Position numbers and translations under genes: made by a program. Under the pieces are notes generated by a model. That model was not told where the DNA came from, did not search any database, and saw only the letters and a program-made list of their open reading frames with translations. Below, piece by piece: positions 26,975 through 41,459 of a DNA stretch of 64,000 nt (the first letter of the stretch is position 1; every line of letters begins with the position of its first letter). This DNA is from Eledone cirrhosa (taxonomy: Eukaryota): contig OZ024743.1 of the NCBI GenBank assembly GCA_964016885.1, positions 15,872,001 through 15,936,000 of the forward strand, read 5' to 3'.

Positions 26975-27160
26975 TAATTGTTTCTACTTTAGGCACAAGG
27001 CCAGAAATTATCCCAGTGCATTACTGGTACTTTATTTTATCGACCCCGTAAGGATGAAAGGCAAAGTTAACCTCGGCGGGATTTGTACTCAGATCATAAA
27101 GGGACGTAACTATGCTGGAAAGCATGGCGTCCGACCCTCTACCGATACTGCCAATCCACC
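26975..27160 (-). mobile_element. tRNA-derived SINE
   Basis: Near-identical to 13566-13753. Confidence 0.9.
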
Positions 27161-27697
27161 AATTCAGGGAAGCTTCTAAATACAAATATAGAAATGCCTC
27201 AAATAATGTTCGGAATTGACCAAAGGGAACAGGTTATATTCCATTTTTTTTAATATGGAACAGAAATTTTCCCTGATCAAGCAGGTTCTGGCAGAAATAG
27301 CTATCTCATTTGATTGAGATGTCAAATTCTGTCTCTTTAGCTTGTGAAACTGCAGTAAGGGGAACATATTGTTAAGCCCTCTAGATTTAGGTCACTTGAC
27401 AATAAGTTTGCCCCTGATGTGAGACACTTATAAGGTTTATTTATTTTAAGATGATGATTTACTGGTCAATTATGAGCCTTATTTGAATACAATTTTTGTA
27501 TATATATATATATATATATACACAGTTCAAGAGTAACCAATCTTAAAGAGAGAGATGGAGATAGGAGAGGACAGATTGGTAGATTAGTGAATTAGTTAGA
27601 AGCCAAAGCGTAAAGGCATGTGTTCAATGTGCAATATGCAGTAGAAAGCAACTAGGTGGCTGGGTTAATGCAGAAGTTAGGTGCGCAGAGCTGGAAA

Positions 27698-27788
27698 TAT
27701 TCATTAGTTAAGCAAAACAAGACCACAAATTTCACAAGGAAGACATTATTAAAAGATTGTCAACATATTTTAGTTTGATGTAAGGAAT
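27698..27788 (+). repeat. Unclassified ~90-bp repeat, second copy at ~35944-36034, each just upstream of (AAT)n
   Basis: TATTCATTAGTTAAGCAAAACAAGACCACAAATTTCACAAGGAAGAC..TGTAAGGAAT is shared. Confidence 0.75.
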
Positions 27789-27820
27789 GTAGAGAATAAT
27801 AATAATAATATTAATAATAA

Positions 27821-28011
27821 TAATTGTTTCTACTTTTGGCACAAGGCCAGCAATCACCCAGTACATTACTGGTACTTTATTTTATCGACCCCGTAAGGAT
27901 GAAAGGCAAAGTTAACCTCGGCGGGATTTGAACTCAGATCATAAAGAGACGTAACTCTATGCATCAAAGCATGGTGGCCGACTCTCTACCGATACTGCCA
28001 ATCCACAGCCC
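27821..28011 (-). mobile_element. tRNA-derived SINE in (AAT)n
   Basis: Family match; TATTAATAATAATAAT on both sides. Confidence 0.9.
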
Positions 28012-28033
28012 TTATATTAATAATAATAATAAT

Positions 28034-28208
28034 GTCCGTTTACAATTTTTTCGCTACTCCATATAATATTTCTGGATCAGATGACTATATATCATTATTG
28101 ATCTGGTTCAGTTGAAAATAATTAACATATTTAAAAACAGAGCGGCTCATCGGAATTTCAAAGGAATATAAATAAAAATAAGGAGAGAATGTTACATAAT
28201 GTAATGTT

Positions 28209-28210
<2 letters not shown>
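28034..28210 (-). mobile_element. PLE-like pLTR end with a decayed long-stem-II HHR (homolog of 62400-62552)
   Basis: att-CCGATGA-gccgctc...ggagtagc-GAAA-aaattg-TA-aacggac-(ATT)n. Confidence 0.6.
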
Positions 28211-28246
<36 letters not shown>

Positions 28247-28319
28247 CAAGGAAGCGTAAAACAGAGGTACAAAAAATCTTATTAATTTCATGCTTTATGT
28301 GGAAAAGGGCAAAGAAATT

Positions 28320-28353
28320 TCGACATGTCAGGCCTTAGCCCTTCTTCAGGAGT
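28320..28353 (-). ncRNA. Decayed hammerhead motif
   Basis: CTGAAGAAGGGCTAAGGCCTGACATGTCGA; reads as a decayed CTGAAGAAGG..CCGAAACGTC PLE-type motif. Confidence 0.45.
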
Positions 28354-28390
28354 ACAAAAATAGAGACAGGATCATGTGTGTATATATATT

Positions 28391-28485
<95 letters not shown>

Positions 28486-30019
28486 ATGTGGAAGGGTCAA
28501 CCGATAGGATTTGAACAAGATTTTAAATCTAAAATATCCAGTCCACCAAGTTATGAATTAGAACAATGACTTCTGAACAGCTCAGAATTATAAATGTCAT
28601 GAACAGTATATATTTTAATACTCATCATTGATAAGTTCGATGATGAACCAGACCTGTGTTAAAACCCTTTAGAATTTAAACCAGCCATATCCAGCCAGAA
28701 TTTTCTCTACCTCTTTCTGTTCAAACTGGCTGTAACTGGCCACTCATACTGATGTTAAGGTGCTGTTCACAAAATAAATAATATCAACATCTCATAGATT
28801 TGATATCATGTGAGATAATTATGTGAGGTAACACCTTTACCAATAAAATACAATAGTAAATACAGAGTAATATAAATGCTAAAGGGTTCAAACATATTGC
28901 ATAGATATACTGTCTTAATTTCTGACACCATATATCAAAGCTATTCTATCTAATGTGTCATTCCTTCTTTAAGTCATTAGGATAGTGATATTGAAGTTGA
29001 TGATTTAGATGATATTTCTAGCAATAGAATATCCTCATGAGGCAGTTGTTGGCAGGTAACAATACCATTTCATCAACAGCATAATCCTCTATACAGCTAT
29101 TATTTTGTAGCTGGAACAGTTTTAATTAATATTCTTACAAAAGCAATTAATTTATGAATGTTCTTAGGAAAGTAATAAATGTTGCATGCTTCTTAACAAC
29201 ACCCACCAACATCGCAGGTACACATACCAATAAATCTGAGACTTGATGTCAGTGGAAGATTGAAATATATTATTTTCCATTTAGTTAACTAATTCTTATC
29301 TTCTAATGTTATGTTGACTTGCAACTCTTAATTCTTCAGTTTCAAATCTTTCTAAACATAATATCCCTGGTTCGGTTTTGTTTTTAATGAGATCAGTGAA
29401 ATCCGAAATTCAGTAATATACATATAGCAGTTACTACCTTAGAAAAATATAATTAGTATATTACATATACACATAGACATATAAAAACAGACAGGCACAC
29501 ACACTTATACACATATGCATCAACTCACTAATATCCACACAAACTCACTCAGACATACAGAAACTGATAACACCTAAAAGCATACTCACATACAAACACA
29601 TATACATAAGAACATATGCATATACACACATACTCATACATAAACACACACAAACAACAAACGCATATATACACATGCAACAGACAATCAAACAGACACA
29701 CATATACGCACACACACATGCTGCCATTGACAACACACAAAAACCATACAGATAGATCAAACAAAACACTCATACACACACACTGATAATAGACCCAGAT
29801 ACACACACCATCCTGAACAAAATATAAACCTCTCCAAAACACACACAAACATATACAATTTTTTTGTCCTAACCTTCAAACCTCTTCTCCTAAATTTCCT
29901 CTTTTCTAATGAAGAACTAACGTTTGATATGCTGAACTGTTACTCTCCCCTTCTCAACAAACATTAAACTAATAAGATTTTGTGTAATTGTATAATTCTA
30001 CTTGATTTCTCTGTCTTTC

Positions 30020-30133
<114 letters not shown>

Positions 30134-30174
30134 CACAGAAATATCCACGGTTAGTTGTGGGGTCTAGTCTGCAG

Positions 30175-30236
30175 GAAGAACACAATGTAATCCATATGTT
30201 GAAATGAAGAACACAATGTAATCCATATGTTGAAAT
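30175..30236 (+). repeat. 31-bp tandem duplication
   Basis: GAAGAACACAATGTAATCCATATGTTGAAAT x2. Confidence 0.9.
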
Positions 30237-30603
30237 GAAAATGTTGTAGGTTAAAATAAATCCCGGAAAACAATAAAACATCAAATGATAAACAGAGTCA
30301 TGATATAAGTTGAAACAATGACATAAAAATTCAAGTCATTGGGAATATACTTCACTGATTTACGATCGCTTCTAGGTGATAATAATACAACGTACGCATA
30401 TTTCGTTATCGATCTATGTAAGGTTATATATATATCTTCATTATTATTCCAATTCACTATCATACACTGACCTAGATACTTCCATATAATTCTAGGAAAT
30501 ATACACTACGTGGAGTTCTTAATCATGCGTACATGCTTGTGTATTAATTGAAGTTAGTGACTGCAAAATTAATCACTGATTAATAAACAAATATAACAAC
30601 AGC

Positions 30604-30671
<68 letters not shown>

Positions 30672-30672
<1 letters not shown>

Positions 30673-33600
30673 GGGAAGAAGGGAAGAATAATAATAATAA
30701 ATGAATAAGGTAAGAAGACGCACGAGGTGGTAGAAGGTCATGAAATCGCTCCCGTAAGTTTTGAATTTTTAACATATCTAAATCATTTGTGAAATAACAA
30801 CTCTTAGTACAAATGCTACGTAAAGCATCCGGCTTGAGCCCCAAAAAAATTCGGGCCCAAAATATATTGTTATAAGGCTCAAATATTCAAATATTCAACT
30901 TTGTATTGTACATTGTATATTCAAAAAAGAAAATGGCTATAAATGGAAGAAGAAGACCCCCCACTCCTCTGTCTACACTATATAGAACAGCCAAACAACA
31001 CCAATCTCACCAACACCAGAAACTAGATACACCACCTACCCCATCACCTCTTTGTGTACACTAAACACAACAGCCAGATAACGGCAATTTCACCACCACC
31101 ACAACCAATCTCAACATAATAATGATAATAATAAATACTATTATTATTGTCCCAAGTTTTAACAAAAAGTTTAATTCCAACATTAAGGGAATTTATGTCA
31201 ACACATATACGCGACTAACCCCATAGATTCACCGAACGGACATCAGTAACGACAACGCCGCCCACCCATCATTACTACCACTACCCCATCACCGCCGCCA
31301 CCACTCCTTCATTGCTACCATCACTACAGTAATACGACCACATCACCACCACCACTACCATCATTACTACCACTATCCCATCACCGCCGCCACCACTCCT
31401 TCATTGCTACCACCGCTACAACACCATCACTACAGTAATACGATCACATCACCACCACCACTGCCTCAGTATCGACATCACCACCACCACTGTCTAAGTA
31501 TCGCTACCGCCGCTATTCTCTCCCATTGCTTCCTGCTAGTTGCTGCCACCACATTTTAGAATTCCTACTAAAAAAGAGGAAGGCATCAAAATATATAGAT
31601 AGACTCAAAAGAAAAAAGAAAAAACAAAGATCAAAACCAAAGCAGCACAGCAACAACAGCAAAAAAAGAGAAAAACAAACAGAGAAAAACAAAAACAAAA
31701 AAAAAACGTAAAGAAAATAAGAATGAAGAGAGAAACAAGCGGACGGACAGAGAAGAGAAGGAAAAAACTAAGTCAGACATTCGAACACTACATTACAATG
31801 AAACTTATGTTTATTCATTTTTGGGTTTTTTTCTGCCAGTGTGTTTGTTTGTTTATTTGTGTTCGTCTACAGCGTGGTGATAATGCCACACAAGAGCCAA
31901 GTGGAGCGGCGCAACCACCAGAGACGGTGAATCCACAGATGGTTATGTAACCATACATTCCCCAATCCTCGATAAGAGTGTTTAAATATGGAGCCTAAAC
32001 AGTTCGAATAACGGTGAAATGGAGACTAGAACGTCATGTGACAGACTCTCACCCAACAGGTGCTCCCTGGCTCAGCAGCAGGAACCTGGCTGTCAACCAA
32101 ATACTGCTGGTGTCGGAGGAAGAAGAAGAAGGAAGGGGACCAGAACCAACTGGACGAAAGAATTGAATAGAACTGTTATGCAATGTTACCTGAAAAGTAA
32201 CCCCACGGAGAGGGGCTATAGGAGACGGATGCATAACATCTGGAACGAGATTGGTCTATTTAAATTAGATGAAAAAAAATTGGCCGAGCAGGCTCGGGTA
32301 ATAAGAACTGATGGGTGGATAAGCGAGCTGGAACTGGAGGAACTGAGCAGAGAGATTAGCTTGGAGATGGAGGGTGGAGTATGCCAGGCAAACGAGCCAG
32401 TGGGAAATGAAGGTGAAGAGGTCGAGAGAACGGAGGAACCACCCGAAGCAGACAATGATCTGAATACTGAGATAAATAATACCTGGAACAGAGATACGGC
32501 CACTGAGGAGATGAATGCTGACGGGCTAGGACAAGATTCGGTTGACATCCTAAACTTAGTGGTAGATGAATTGAACAATGATAGTGGGAGACCTATGAAC
32601 CTAAGATTTGTAGACAGGAAAAAGTTAAAAGAAACAACAGCTAAGGTAAACTAAGTCATCCCATACCTTGAGGCGAGGAGCCTTCACCAGTGCAACAATA
32701 TCCTCAAAGCAACAGCAAATACGGTGAGGAAACTACTTGGTATAAAAGCGAGAGGAAACAACAGACAAGAAAGAGCAGAGCCTTGGTAGAAGAAACGACT
32801 GAGTGGTCAAATCAGGGAAATGAGAAATGACATTGGAAAGCTTGAGTCACTACTGAATGGGACACTAAAAAACATAGGCACTAAAAATAGACTGGAAATA
32901 AAGTACAAAACTAGGAGGAAAAAGCTAAATATTATCATAGAGGAACTGAAGCAACGCATTGTAGCAAAGAGTGCAAAAATCAGGCGATACGAGAACAGAG
33001 TCAGTCAGTATAAACAGAACCGCATGTTCGACAACAACCAGAAGATGCTGTTTGGACAGCTTGAGGGGAAAGAAAGAGGCAACGACTTGATCCCTGAGGC
33101 GGAACAAACTAAAACTTTCTGGAGAGGAATATGGGAGCAGGATGTTAGACATAATGACCAGGCAGGGTGGATTGAGACAGTACAGAGGGAGATCAGTGAG
33201 CAGGCACACCAACAAACTGATTTGAGTATCACAGTTGAAACTCTTAAGGGGCAGGCCAAAAAACTAACCAACTGGAAATCACCTGGCCCAGATGGTGTGC
33301 AGGGGTATTGGATTAAAAATATAACATCCCTCCACCCGAAACTGACAACCATGTTCAATGACTGCTTGATCTCAGGTGAGGTACCAGAGTGGTTGACAAA
33401 AGGTACCAATGTTCTGATAATGAAAGACCGAATCAAGGTTAATGAAGTTACCAACTATAGACCTATCACATGTCTGTCCGTAATGTGGAGACTGTTGACG
33501 AGCATTGTGTCTGAGGAAATCTACCATCACCTCCACACAAACAACTTGTTACCGGACGAACAGAAAGGATGCCGAAAGAAGTCACGTGGTACAAAGGACC

Positions 33601-34632
33601 AGTTACTTATTGATAAGATGGTAATGGGGAATTGCAGGAGGAGACACACTGATCTTGCCATGGGATGGATAGACTACAGAAAGGCATTTGACATGGTGCC
33701 TCATTCTTGGATCACCAAAAGCCTGGAGATCTTCAAGGTGGCAGATAACATCAGACAGTTGCTGGGCAAGAGTATGAGGTCCTGGGAAACAGAGTTGACA
33801 TCAGCTGGAGAATCCTTGGGAAGCGTAAAGATCAAGAGAGGTATCTTCCAGGGAGATAGCCTGTCCCCTTTGTTGTTTGTCCTTGCCCTGATGCCCCTGA
33901 CCAGTGTACTGCGAAAAGTGAGAGCAGGATGGGGGTTGGGAAAGGGAGGGCTTACCATCAATCACCTCCTCTTCATGGACGATCTTAAGCTCTTCGGGAA
34001 GAGTGAGAAGGAGTTGGATGTGCTTGTTGACACTGTCCGTATTTTCAGCAGTGATATATGTATGCAGTTTGGTATTAGTAAGTGTGGAGTCATTGTTGAT
34101 GAGGAGAGGTAGGTTGAGCAGAAGTAACGGAATCCAGATACCAACAGGTGAGATGATAGCCAGAGGCGGTGATAGAAAACGATCAAGTGAAGGTGCTGTG
34201 GGATTTTAGGATACAGACGGACAAGAAACTGGAACACAATAGACCTGACCTGGTGGTTGTGTACAAAGTAAAAAGATCGTGTCTGATTGTGGATGTGGCC
34301 TGCCCATTCGACACGAGAGTACAAGCGAAGGAGACGGAGAAAATTAACCGATACCAGGACTTAAAGTGGGAGGTAAAAAGGATTTGGAACTGCCATGAAG
34401 TCAAAGTGATCCCGATTGTCATAGGCGCACTGGGGACTATCTCCAAACGTTTCCAGGGATGGTTAAAGAAAATCGGCCCCTTCACGCTTTTTGGAACGCT
34501 TCAAAAGGCATGCTTGCTGGGAACAGCAAGAACCCTCCGATACGTCCTGAATATCTGAGGCTGCAAGTAGTGGCTTGATATTCATTCCAACGGACTTTCC
34601 AGTTATCTAACATCAATGACTGAGATTCAAGG
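30672..34632 (+). mobile_element. R4/Dong-type RLE non-LTR retrotransposon, copy 1 (stop codons; ~0.85-kb deletion at ~34158 removing the CCHC)
   Basis: [49 protein letters not shown]; (AAT)n on both sides. Confidence 0.92.
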
Positions 34633-35254
34633 AATAATAATAATAATAATAATAATAAAAGTGAGTAAAATCGAATTTGCAGCTGCGATTACCATCTTTT
34701 GAAAACAATCCTCAGAAGCTGGCGTATGTGATGATATCGATAAATTGATTAATTATATATTAGAATAATAAACAGACGTTAAAAGTGTGACAAATTGAAA
34801 ACGGTGGCCACAAAAGCCACCACAACAACGAAAATACAAACAGGTTATAGACGAACCTGGACCTGATCGATAGATATTATATAAATATCTTCGATTGGTT
34901 TCTGGGAATCCAAAATCAACACTCCAGGTTGCGCAATATACAAGTCAGTAATGTATCCCAAGATCGAACGTAGGCATCCAATTTCCAATGGGCGTTTCAT
35001 TCTGTTTACTAAGAGATTGGCATGATGACTCCACTTTCATGTACTGTAGTATCAGCTAAGGAAGTGGGGTCTGGAATTCATTCTCAAGAAAGGAGGAGGA
35101 TTCACATCTGGGATTTTGGCGGGCAAATTCAAAAGTGTGAACAAAGGAAACTATTCACAGCTTTCAAAATAAGCTCTCGTCTAGGTTATCAAACAAACAA
35201 AAAAAATTAATCAATCAATTAATTAATTAATTATAAAGACTAGGAGACAATAAT

Positions 35255-35430
35255 AATAATTGTTTCTACAGCAATTATCGTAGTGTATTACTGGTACTTT
35301 ATTTTATCAACCCCGTAAAGATGAAAGGCAAAGTTAACCTCGGCGGGATTGGAACTTAGACCATAAAGGACCGTAACTCTTTGCTGCAAAGCATGGTGTC
35401 CGACCCTCTACCAATACTGCCAATCAACCT
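35255..35430 (-). mobile_element. tRNA-derived SINE, diverged
   Basis: Family match. Confidence 0.85.
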
Positions 35431-36063
35431 AATGATGATAGTGAGTAAAATCGAAGTGTTAGCTGCAATTAGCATCTTCCGATTTACCAGTCAAGCATTA
35501 ACTTTTGATGTAGATTTTTTTCCTAACACAGGATTTGTGACATCATGCCAAAGTTAGAAACTATAAATCATGGTTGGAAAAAAGAGAGATATCACAGTTC
35601 TTTGTATATGTATATATGATATGTATGGTAGTATTTATGTATACATATAATGTCATGTGTTTCTGTAGAATAGATTAAGGAAATATTGTGTTCTTTTAAA
35701 TAGAGAACCAAAACAGATTATTATAAAGAAATTGCCAATACAGTTGATTGCACTTAATGAGATCTCATGTATGAAATAAGATTGGTCATCTTATTCTTGC
35801 CTGAATGGTAAGCAACTCTAACATATATAGTGTCTCTATGACTTATGCTAGAGCAGGCTTTATACCTTATGTAGGAAGAAACTGTGTTGCGAAATTATTT
35901 ATGATAATATCTGTGAGTGTGTTTATATATATATATATATATATATTCATTAGTTAAGCAAAACAAGACCACAAATTTCACAAGGAAGACGTTATTTAAA
36001 AAGTATCAACATAGTTGCAGTTTAATGTAAGGAATAAGGAGTGTAATGATAGTTTAATGTAGG

Positions 36064-36113
<50 letters not shown>

Positions 36114-36114
<1 letters not shown>

Positions 36115-39100
36115 GGGAAGAAGACGCACATGGTGGATAGAAGGTCGTGAAATCGCTCCCGTAAGTTTTGATTTTTTAACATATTTAAATCAATTAGTAC
36201 AAATGATACATAAAACATCCGGCTTGAGTCCCAAAAAATTTCGGATCCATAATATATTGTTATATCGCTCAAATATTCAATTTTGTATTATACAATTTAT
36301 ATTAAAAAAAAGAAAATGGTTATAAATGGAAGAAAACCCCCTCTGTCTACACTATATAGAACAGCCAAATAACAGCAATTTCACCAACATCAGAAACTAG
36401 ATACACCACCTACACCATCACCCCTCTGTGTACACTAAACACAACAGCCAGATAACGGCAATTTCACCACAACCACCACCAATTTCAGCATAATAATAAT
36501 AATTACTATTATTATTGCCTCAAGTTTTAGTTTTAACAAAATGTTTAATTCCAATATTAAGAAAAATATGTCAACACATATACGCGACTAATGATCATTT
36601 CACTAAAGAAAATTTCACGACCAACACCACCACCACTACCACGATGAAAACTCTGGTCAAGTCGACTCAAATTTCTACTCCAACTTCAACACCATCACTA
36701 CAGTAATACGACCACATCACCACCACCACTGCCTCATTATCGCTACCACCGCTATTCTCTCCCACTACCTCCTGATAGTTGCTGCTAGCACCGCCACCAC
36801 CACCACCACCACTGCCTCATTATCACTACCACCGCAATTCTCTCCCGCTTCCCCCTGCTACATTGTAGAATTCCCACTAAGTGGAAGGCATCAAAATATA
36901 TAAATAGACTGAATTGATGAACCGGTCAAAATAAAAAAATAAAAAAATAAACGTCAAGTTTTAGTTTTAACAAAATGTTTAATTCCAATATTAAGAAAAA
37001 TATGTCAACACATATACGCGACTAACGATAATTTCACTAAAGATAATTTCAGCACCAACACCACCACCACTACCACGATGAAAACTCTGGTCAAGTCGAC
37101 TCAAATTTCTACTCCAACTTCAACACCATCACTACAGTACTACGACCACATCACCACCACCACTGCCTCATTATCGCTACCGCGGCTATTCTCTCCCACA
37201 ACCTCCTGCTAGTTGCTGCTAGCACAGCACCGCCACCACCACCACCACCACTGCCTCATTATCACTACCGCCGCTATTATCTCCCACTAGCCCCTGCTAC
37301 ATTGTACAATTCTCACTAAAAGAGGAAGGCATCAAAATATATAAATAGACTGAATTAATGACCCGGTCAAATCAAAAAAACAAAAATCAAAATCAAAGCA
37401 GCACAGTAACAACGAAAAACGTAAAGAAAATAAGAATGAAGAGAAAAACAAACAGACGGACAGAGAAGGGAAGGGAAAAACTAAGTCAGACATTCAAACA
37501 CTACATTACAATGAAACTTATGCTTATTCATTTTTTGGGTTTTTTCTGTCTGTTTGTTTGTTTGTTTATTTGTGTTCGTCTACAGCGTGATAATGCCACA
37601 CAAAAGTCACGTGGAGTGACGAAACCACCGGAGACGATGAATTCACCAGTGGTTATGTAACCATACATTCGCCAATCCTCGATAAGAGTGTTTAAATGTC
37701 GAACCTACACAGTACGAATAACGGTGAAATGGAGACTAGAATGTCATGTGACAGACTTTCACCCAACAGGTGCTCCCTAGCTCAGGAGCAAGGACCTGGC
37801 TGTCAACCAAATACTGCTGGTGTCGGAGGAAGAAGAAGAAGGAAAGGGACCAGAAGCAACTGGACGAAAGAATTGAATAGAACTGTTATGCAATGTTACC
37901 TGAAGAGTAACCCCAAGGAGAGAGGCTATAGGAAAAGGATGCATAACATCTGGAACGAGATTGGTCTATTTAAATTAGATGAACAAAAATTGGCCGGGCA
38001 GGCTCGCGTAATAAGAACTAATGGGTGGATAAGCGAGCTGGAACTGGAGGAACTGAGCAGAGAGATTAGCTTAGAGATGGAGGGTGGAGTATGCCAGACA
38101 AACGAGCCAGTGGGAAATGAAGGTGAAGAGGTCGAGAGAACGGAGGAACCACCCGAAGCAGACAATGATCTGAATGCTGAGATAAATAGTACCTGGAACA
38201 GAGATACGGCCACTGAGGAGATGAATGCTGACGGGCTAGGACAAGATTTGGTTGATATCCTAAACTTAGTGGTAGATGAATTGAACAATGATAGTGGGAG
38301 ACCTATGAACCTAAGATTTGTAGACAGGAAAAAGTTAAAAGAAACAACAGCTAAGGTAAACAAAGTAATCCCATACCTTGAGGCGAGGAGCCTTCACCAG
38401 TGCAACAATATCCTCAAAGCAACAGCAAATACGGTGAGGAAACTACTTGGTATAAAAGCGAGAGGAAACAACAGACAAGAAAGAGCAGAGCCTTGGTGGA
38501 AAAACGACTGAGTGGTCAATTCAGGGAAATGAGAAATGACATTGGAAAGCTTGAGTCCCTACTGAATGGGACACTAAAAAACATAGGCACTAAAAATAGA
38601 CTGGAAATAAAGTACAAAACTAGGAGGAAAAAGCTAAATATTATCATAGAGGAACTGAAGCAACGCATTGTAGCAAAGAGTGCAAAAATCAGGCGATACG
38701 AGAACAGAGTCAGTCAGTATAGACAGAACCGCATGTTCGACAACAACCAGATGTTGTTGTTTGGACAGCTTGAAGGGAAAGAAAGAGGCAACGACTTGAT
38801 CCCTGAGGCGGAACAAACTGAAACATTCTGGAGAGGAATATGGGAGCAGGATGTTAAACATAATGACCAGGCAGTGTGGATTGAGACAGTACAGAAGGAG
38901 ATCAGTGAACAGGCACACCAACAAACTGATTTGAGTATCACAGTTGAAACTCTGAAGGGGCAGGCCAAAAAACTAACCAACTGGTAATCACCAGGCCCAG
39001 ATGGTGTGCAGGGGTATTAGATTAAAAATATAACATCCCTCCACCCGAAACTGACAACCATGTTCAATGACTGCTTGATGTCGGGTGAGGTACCAGAGTG

Positions 39101-41196
39101 GTTGACAAAAGGTACCACAGTTCTGATAATGAAATACCGAATCAAGGGTAATGATGTTACCAATTATAGACCTATCACATGTCTGTCCTTAATGTGGAAA
39201 CTGTTGACAAGCATTATGTCTGAGGAAATCTACCATCACCTCCACACAAACAACTTGTTACCGGACGAACAGAAAGGATGACGAAAGAAGTCACGTGGTA
39301 CAAAGGACCAGTTACTTATTGATAAGATGGTAATGAGGAATTGCAAGAGGAGACACACTGGTCTTGCCATGGGATGGATAGACTACAAAAAGGCATTTGA
39401 CATGGTGCCTCATCCTTGGATCACCAAAAGCCTGGAGATCTTCAAGGTGGCAGATAACATCAGACAGTTGTTGGGCAAAAGTATGAAGTCCTGGGAAACA
39501 GAGTTAACATCAACTGGAGAATCCTTTGTAAGCGTGAAGATCAAGAGAGGTATCTTCCAGGGAGATAGTCTGTCCCCTCTGTTTTTTGTCCTTGCCCTGA
39601 TGCCTCTGACCAGTGTACTGCGAAAAGTGAGAGCAGGATACAGGTTGGGAAAGGGAGGGCTTACCATCAATCACCTCCTCTTCATGGACGATCTTAAGCT
39701 CTTCGAGAAGAGTGAGGAGGTGTTGGATGTGCTTGTTGACACTGTCTGTATTTTCAGCAATGATATATGTATGCAATTTGGTATTAGTAAGTGTGGAGTC
39801 ATTGTGATGAGGAGGGGTAAGTTGAGCAGAAGTAACGGAATCCAGATACCAACAGGTGAGATGATAAAATAAATTGACTCTGAGGAAGGATACAAATATT
39901 TGGGCGTTCTGGAGGCTGATGACATCAAGAACAAAAAAATGAAGGAATTGATAAGAACTGAATACATTCGGAGAATAAGGAGCGTATTAAAGTCACATCT
40001 GAACAGTAGGAATGCCATAAGTGCAGTAAATTCCCGAGCTGTGTCTATTATTAGGTACAGTGCGGGAATTCTGAGATGGAATGTTGCTGAATAAATAGAA
40101 ATGGATAGGAAGACTAGGAAGCTATTGACTATCTACAATATGTTCCACAAGAGGAGTGATGTCGATAGACTCTACTTAAGGAGATCTGAGGGTGGAAGAG
40201 GTCTTATCAGCATAGAGGACTGTCTTCAGATGGAGAAAAACAACCTACACAAATATGTGACTGATAGTAAGGAGCCAATGCTCAGAACTGTACTGAAGGA
40301 GGGGACAATAGACCAGGGGATGTCCAAGGAGGAAATAACATCAAGGAGAAAGAGCAGCCTTCAGAAAAAATCCCTTCATAGTACCTTGTTTGAGAAAACT
40401 GAATTTAGAGATCCACAGACATGGAACTGGTTGAAAAGAGGAGACCTTAAAAAGGCTACAGAAGGAATGTTAATGGCTGCGCAGGAGCAGGCCCTCAAAA
40501 CGAAGTGGTTGAAACACCACATTTACAAGGAGGAGGCTAGCCCACTGTGCAGGATCTGTGGAGAGAGAGAGAGGAGACCGTGGCTCACATTGTATCCGAG
40601 TATAAACACCTAGCTCAGACTCACTATAAGGGCTGGAGACATGATGTGATGGGCAGGGTGATCCACTGGCACCTATGCAAAGTAAACAATTTACCACATT
40701 CTGAGAAGTGGTATGAGCATAAGCCAGAGGTGGTGATAGAAAATGATCAGGTGAAGGTGCTGTGGGATTTTAGGATACAGACGAACAAGAAACTGGAACA
40801 CAATAGACCTGACCTGGTGGTTTTCGACAAAGAAAAAAGATCGTGCCTGATTGTGGATGTAGCCTGCCCATTCGACACGAGAGGGCAAGGGAAGGAGAGG
40901 GAGAAAATTAACCGATACCAGGACTTAAAGTGGAAGGTAAAAAGGATTTGGAACTGCCATGAAGTCAAAGTGGTCCCGATTGTCATAGGCGCACTAGGTA
41001 CTATCTCAAAAAGTTTCCTGGGATGGTTAAAGAAAATTGGCCCCTTCACGCTTTTTGGAACGCTTCAAAAGGCATGCTTACTGGGAACAGCAAGAACCCT
41101 CCGATACGTCCTGAATATCTGAGGTTGCAAGTAGTGGCTTGATATTCATTTCAACAAACTTTCCAGTTAATTAACATCAATGACTGAGACTCGAAG
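36114..41196 (+). mobile_element. R4/Dong-type element, copy 2 (full length; stops and frameshifts; ~430-bp tandem duplication in leader at 36520-37375)
   Basis: RT, CRICG..H..(C) and RLE motifs across ORFs 37696-41122; (AAT)n flanks. Confidence 0.92.
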
Positions 41197-41209
41197 AACA
41201 ATAATAATA

Positions 41210-41350
41210 ATAATTGTTTCTACTTTTGGCACAAGGCCAGCAATAACCCAGTACATTACTGGTACTTTATTTTATCGACACCGTAAGGATGAAAGTCAGA
41301 GTTAACTTCGGTGGGATTTGAACTCAGACCGTAAAGGGACGTAACTATCC
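41210..41350 (-). mobile_element. 5'-truncated SINE
   Basis: Family tail, body and B box. Confidence 0.85.
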
Positions 41351-41357
41351 TGGAAAC

Positions 41358-41394
<37 letters not shown>

Positions 41395-41459
41395 GTTTCA
41401 TTTATTAGCCACAAGGGCCGACATGTAGGGGACAATACAAAGACAGGGACAGTGGGGCT

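Noticed and set aside
30175-30236. CRISPR-like repeat
   Set aside because: Two adjacent copies with no spacer, in a eukaryotic context
30933-31064. Separate ORF1 in the Dong leader (AAAATGGCT)
   Set aside because: Short and not conserved; copy 3 stops after 4 codons
34930-35190. Possible coding remnant (LEIGCLRSILG on the minus strand)
   Set aside because: Probably an old RTE fragment, too decayed to call
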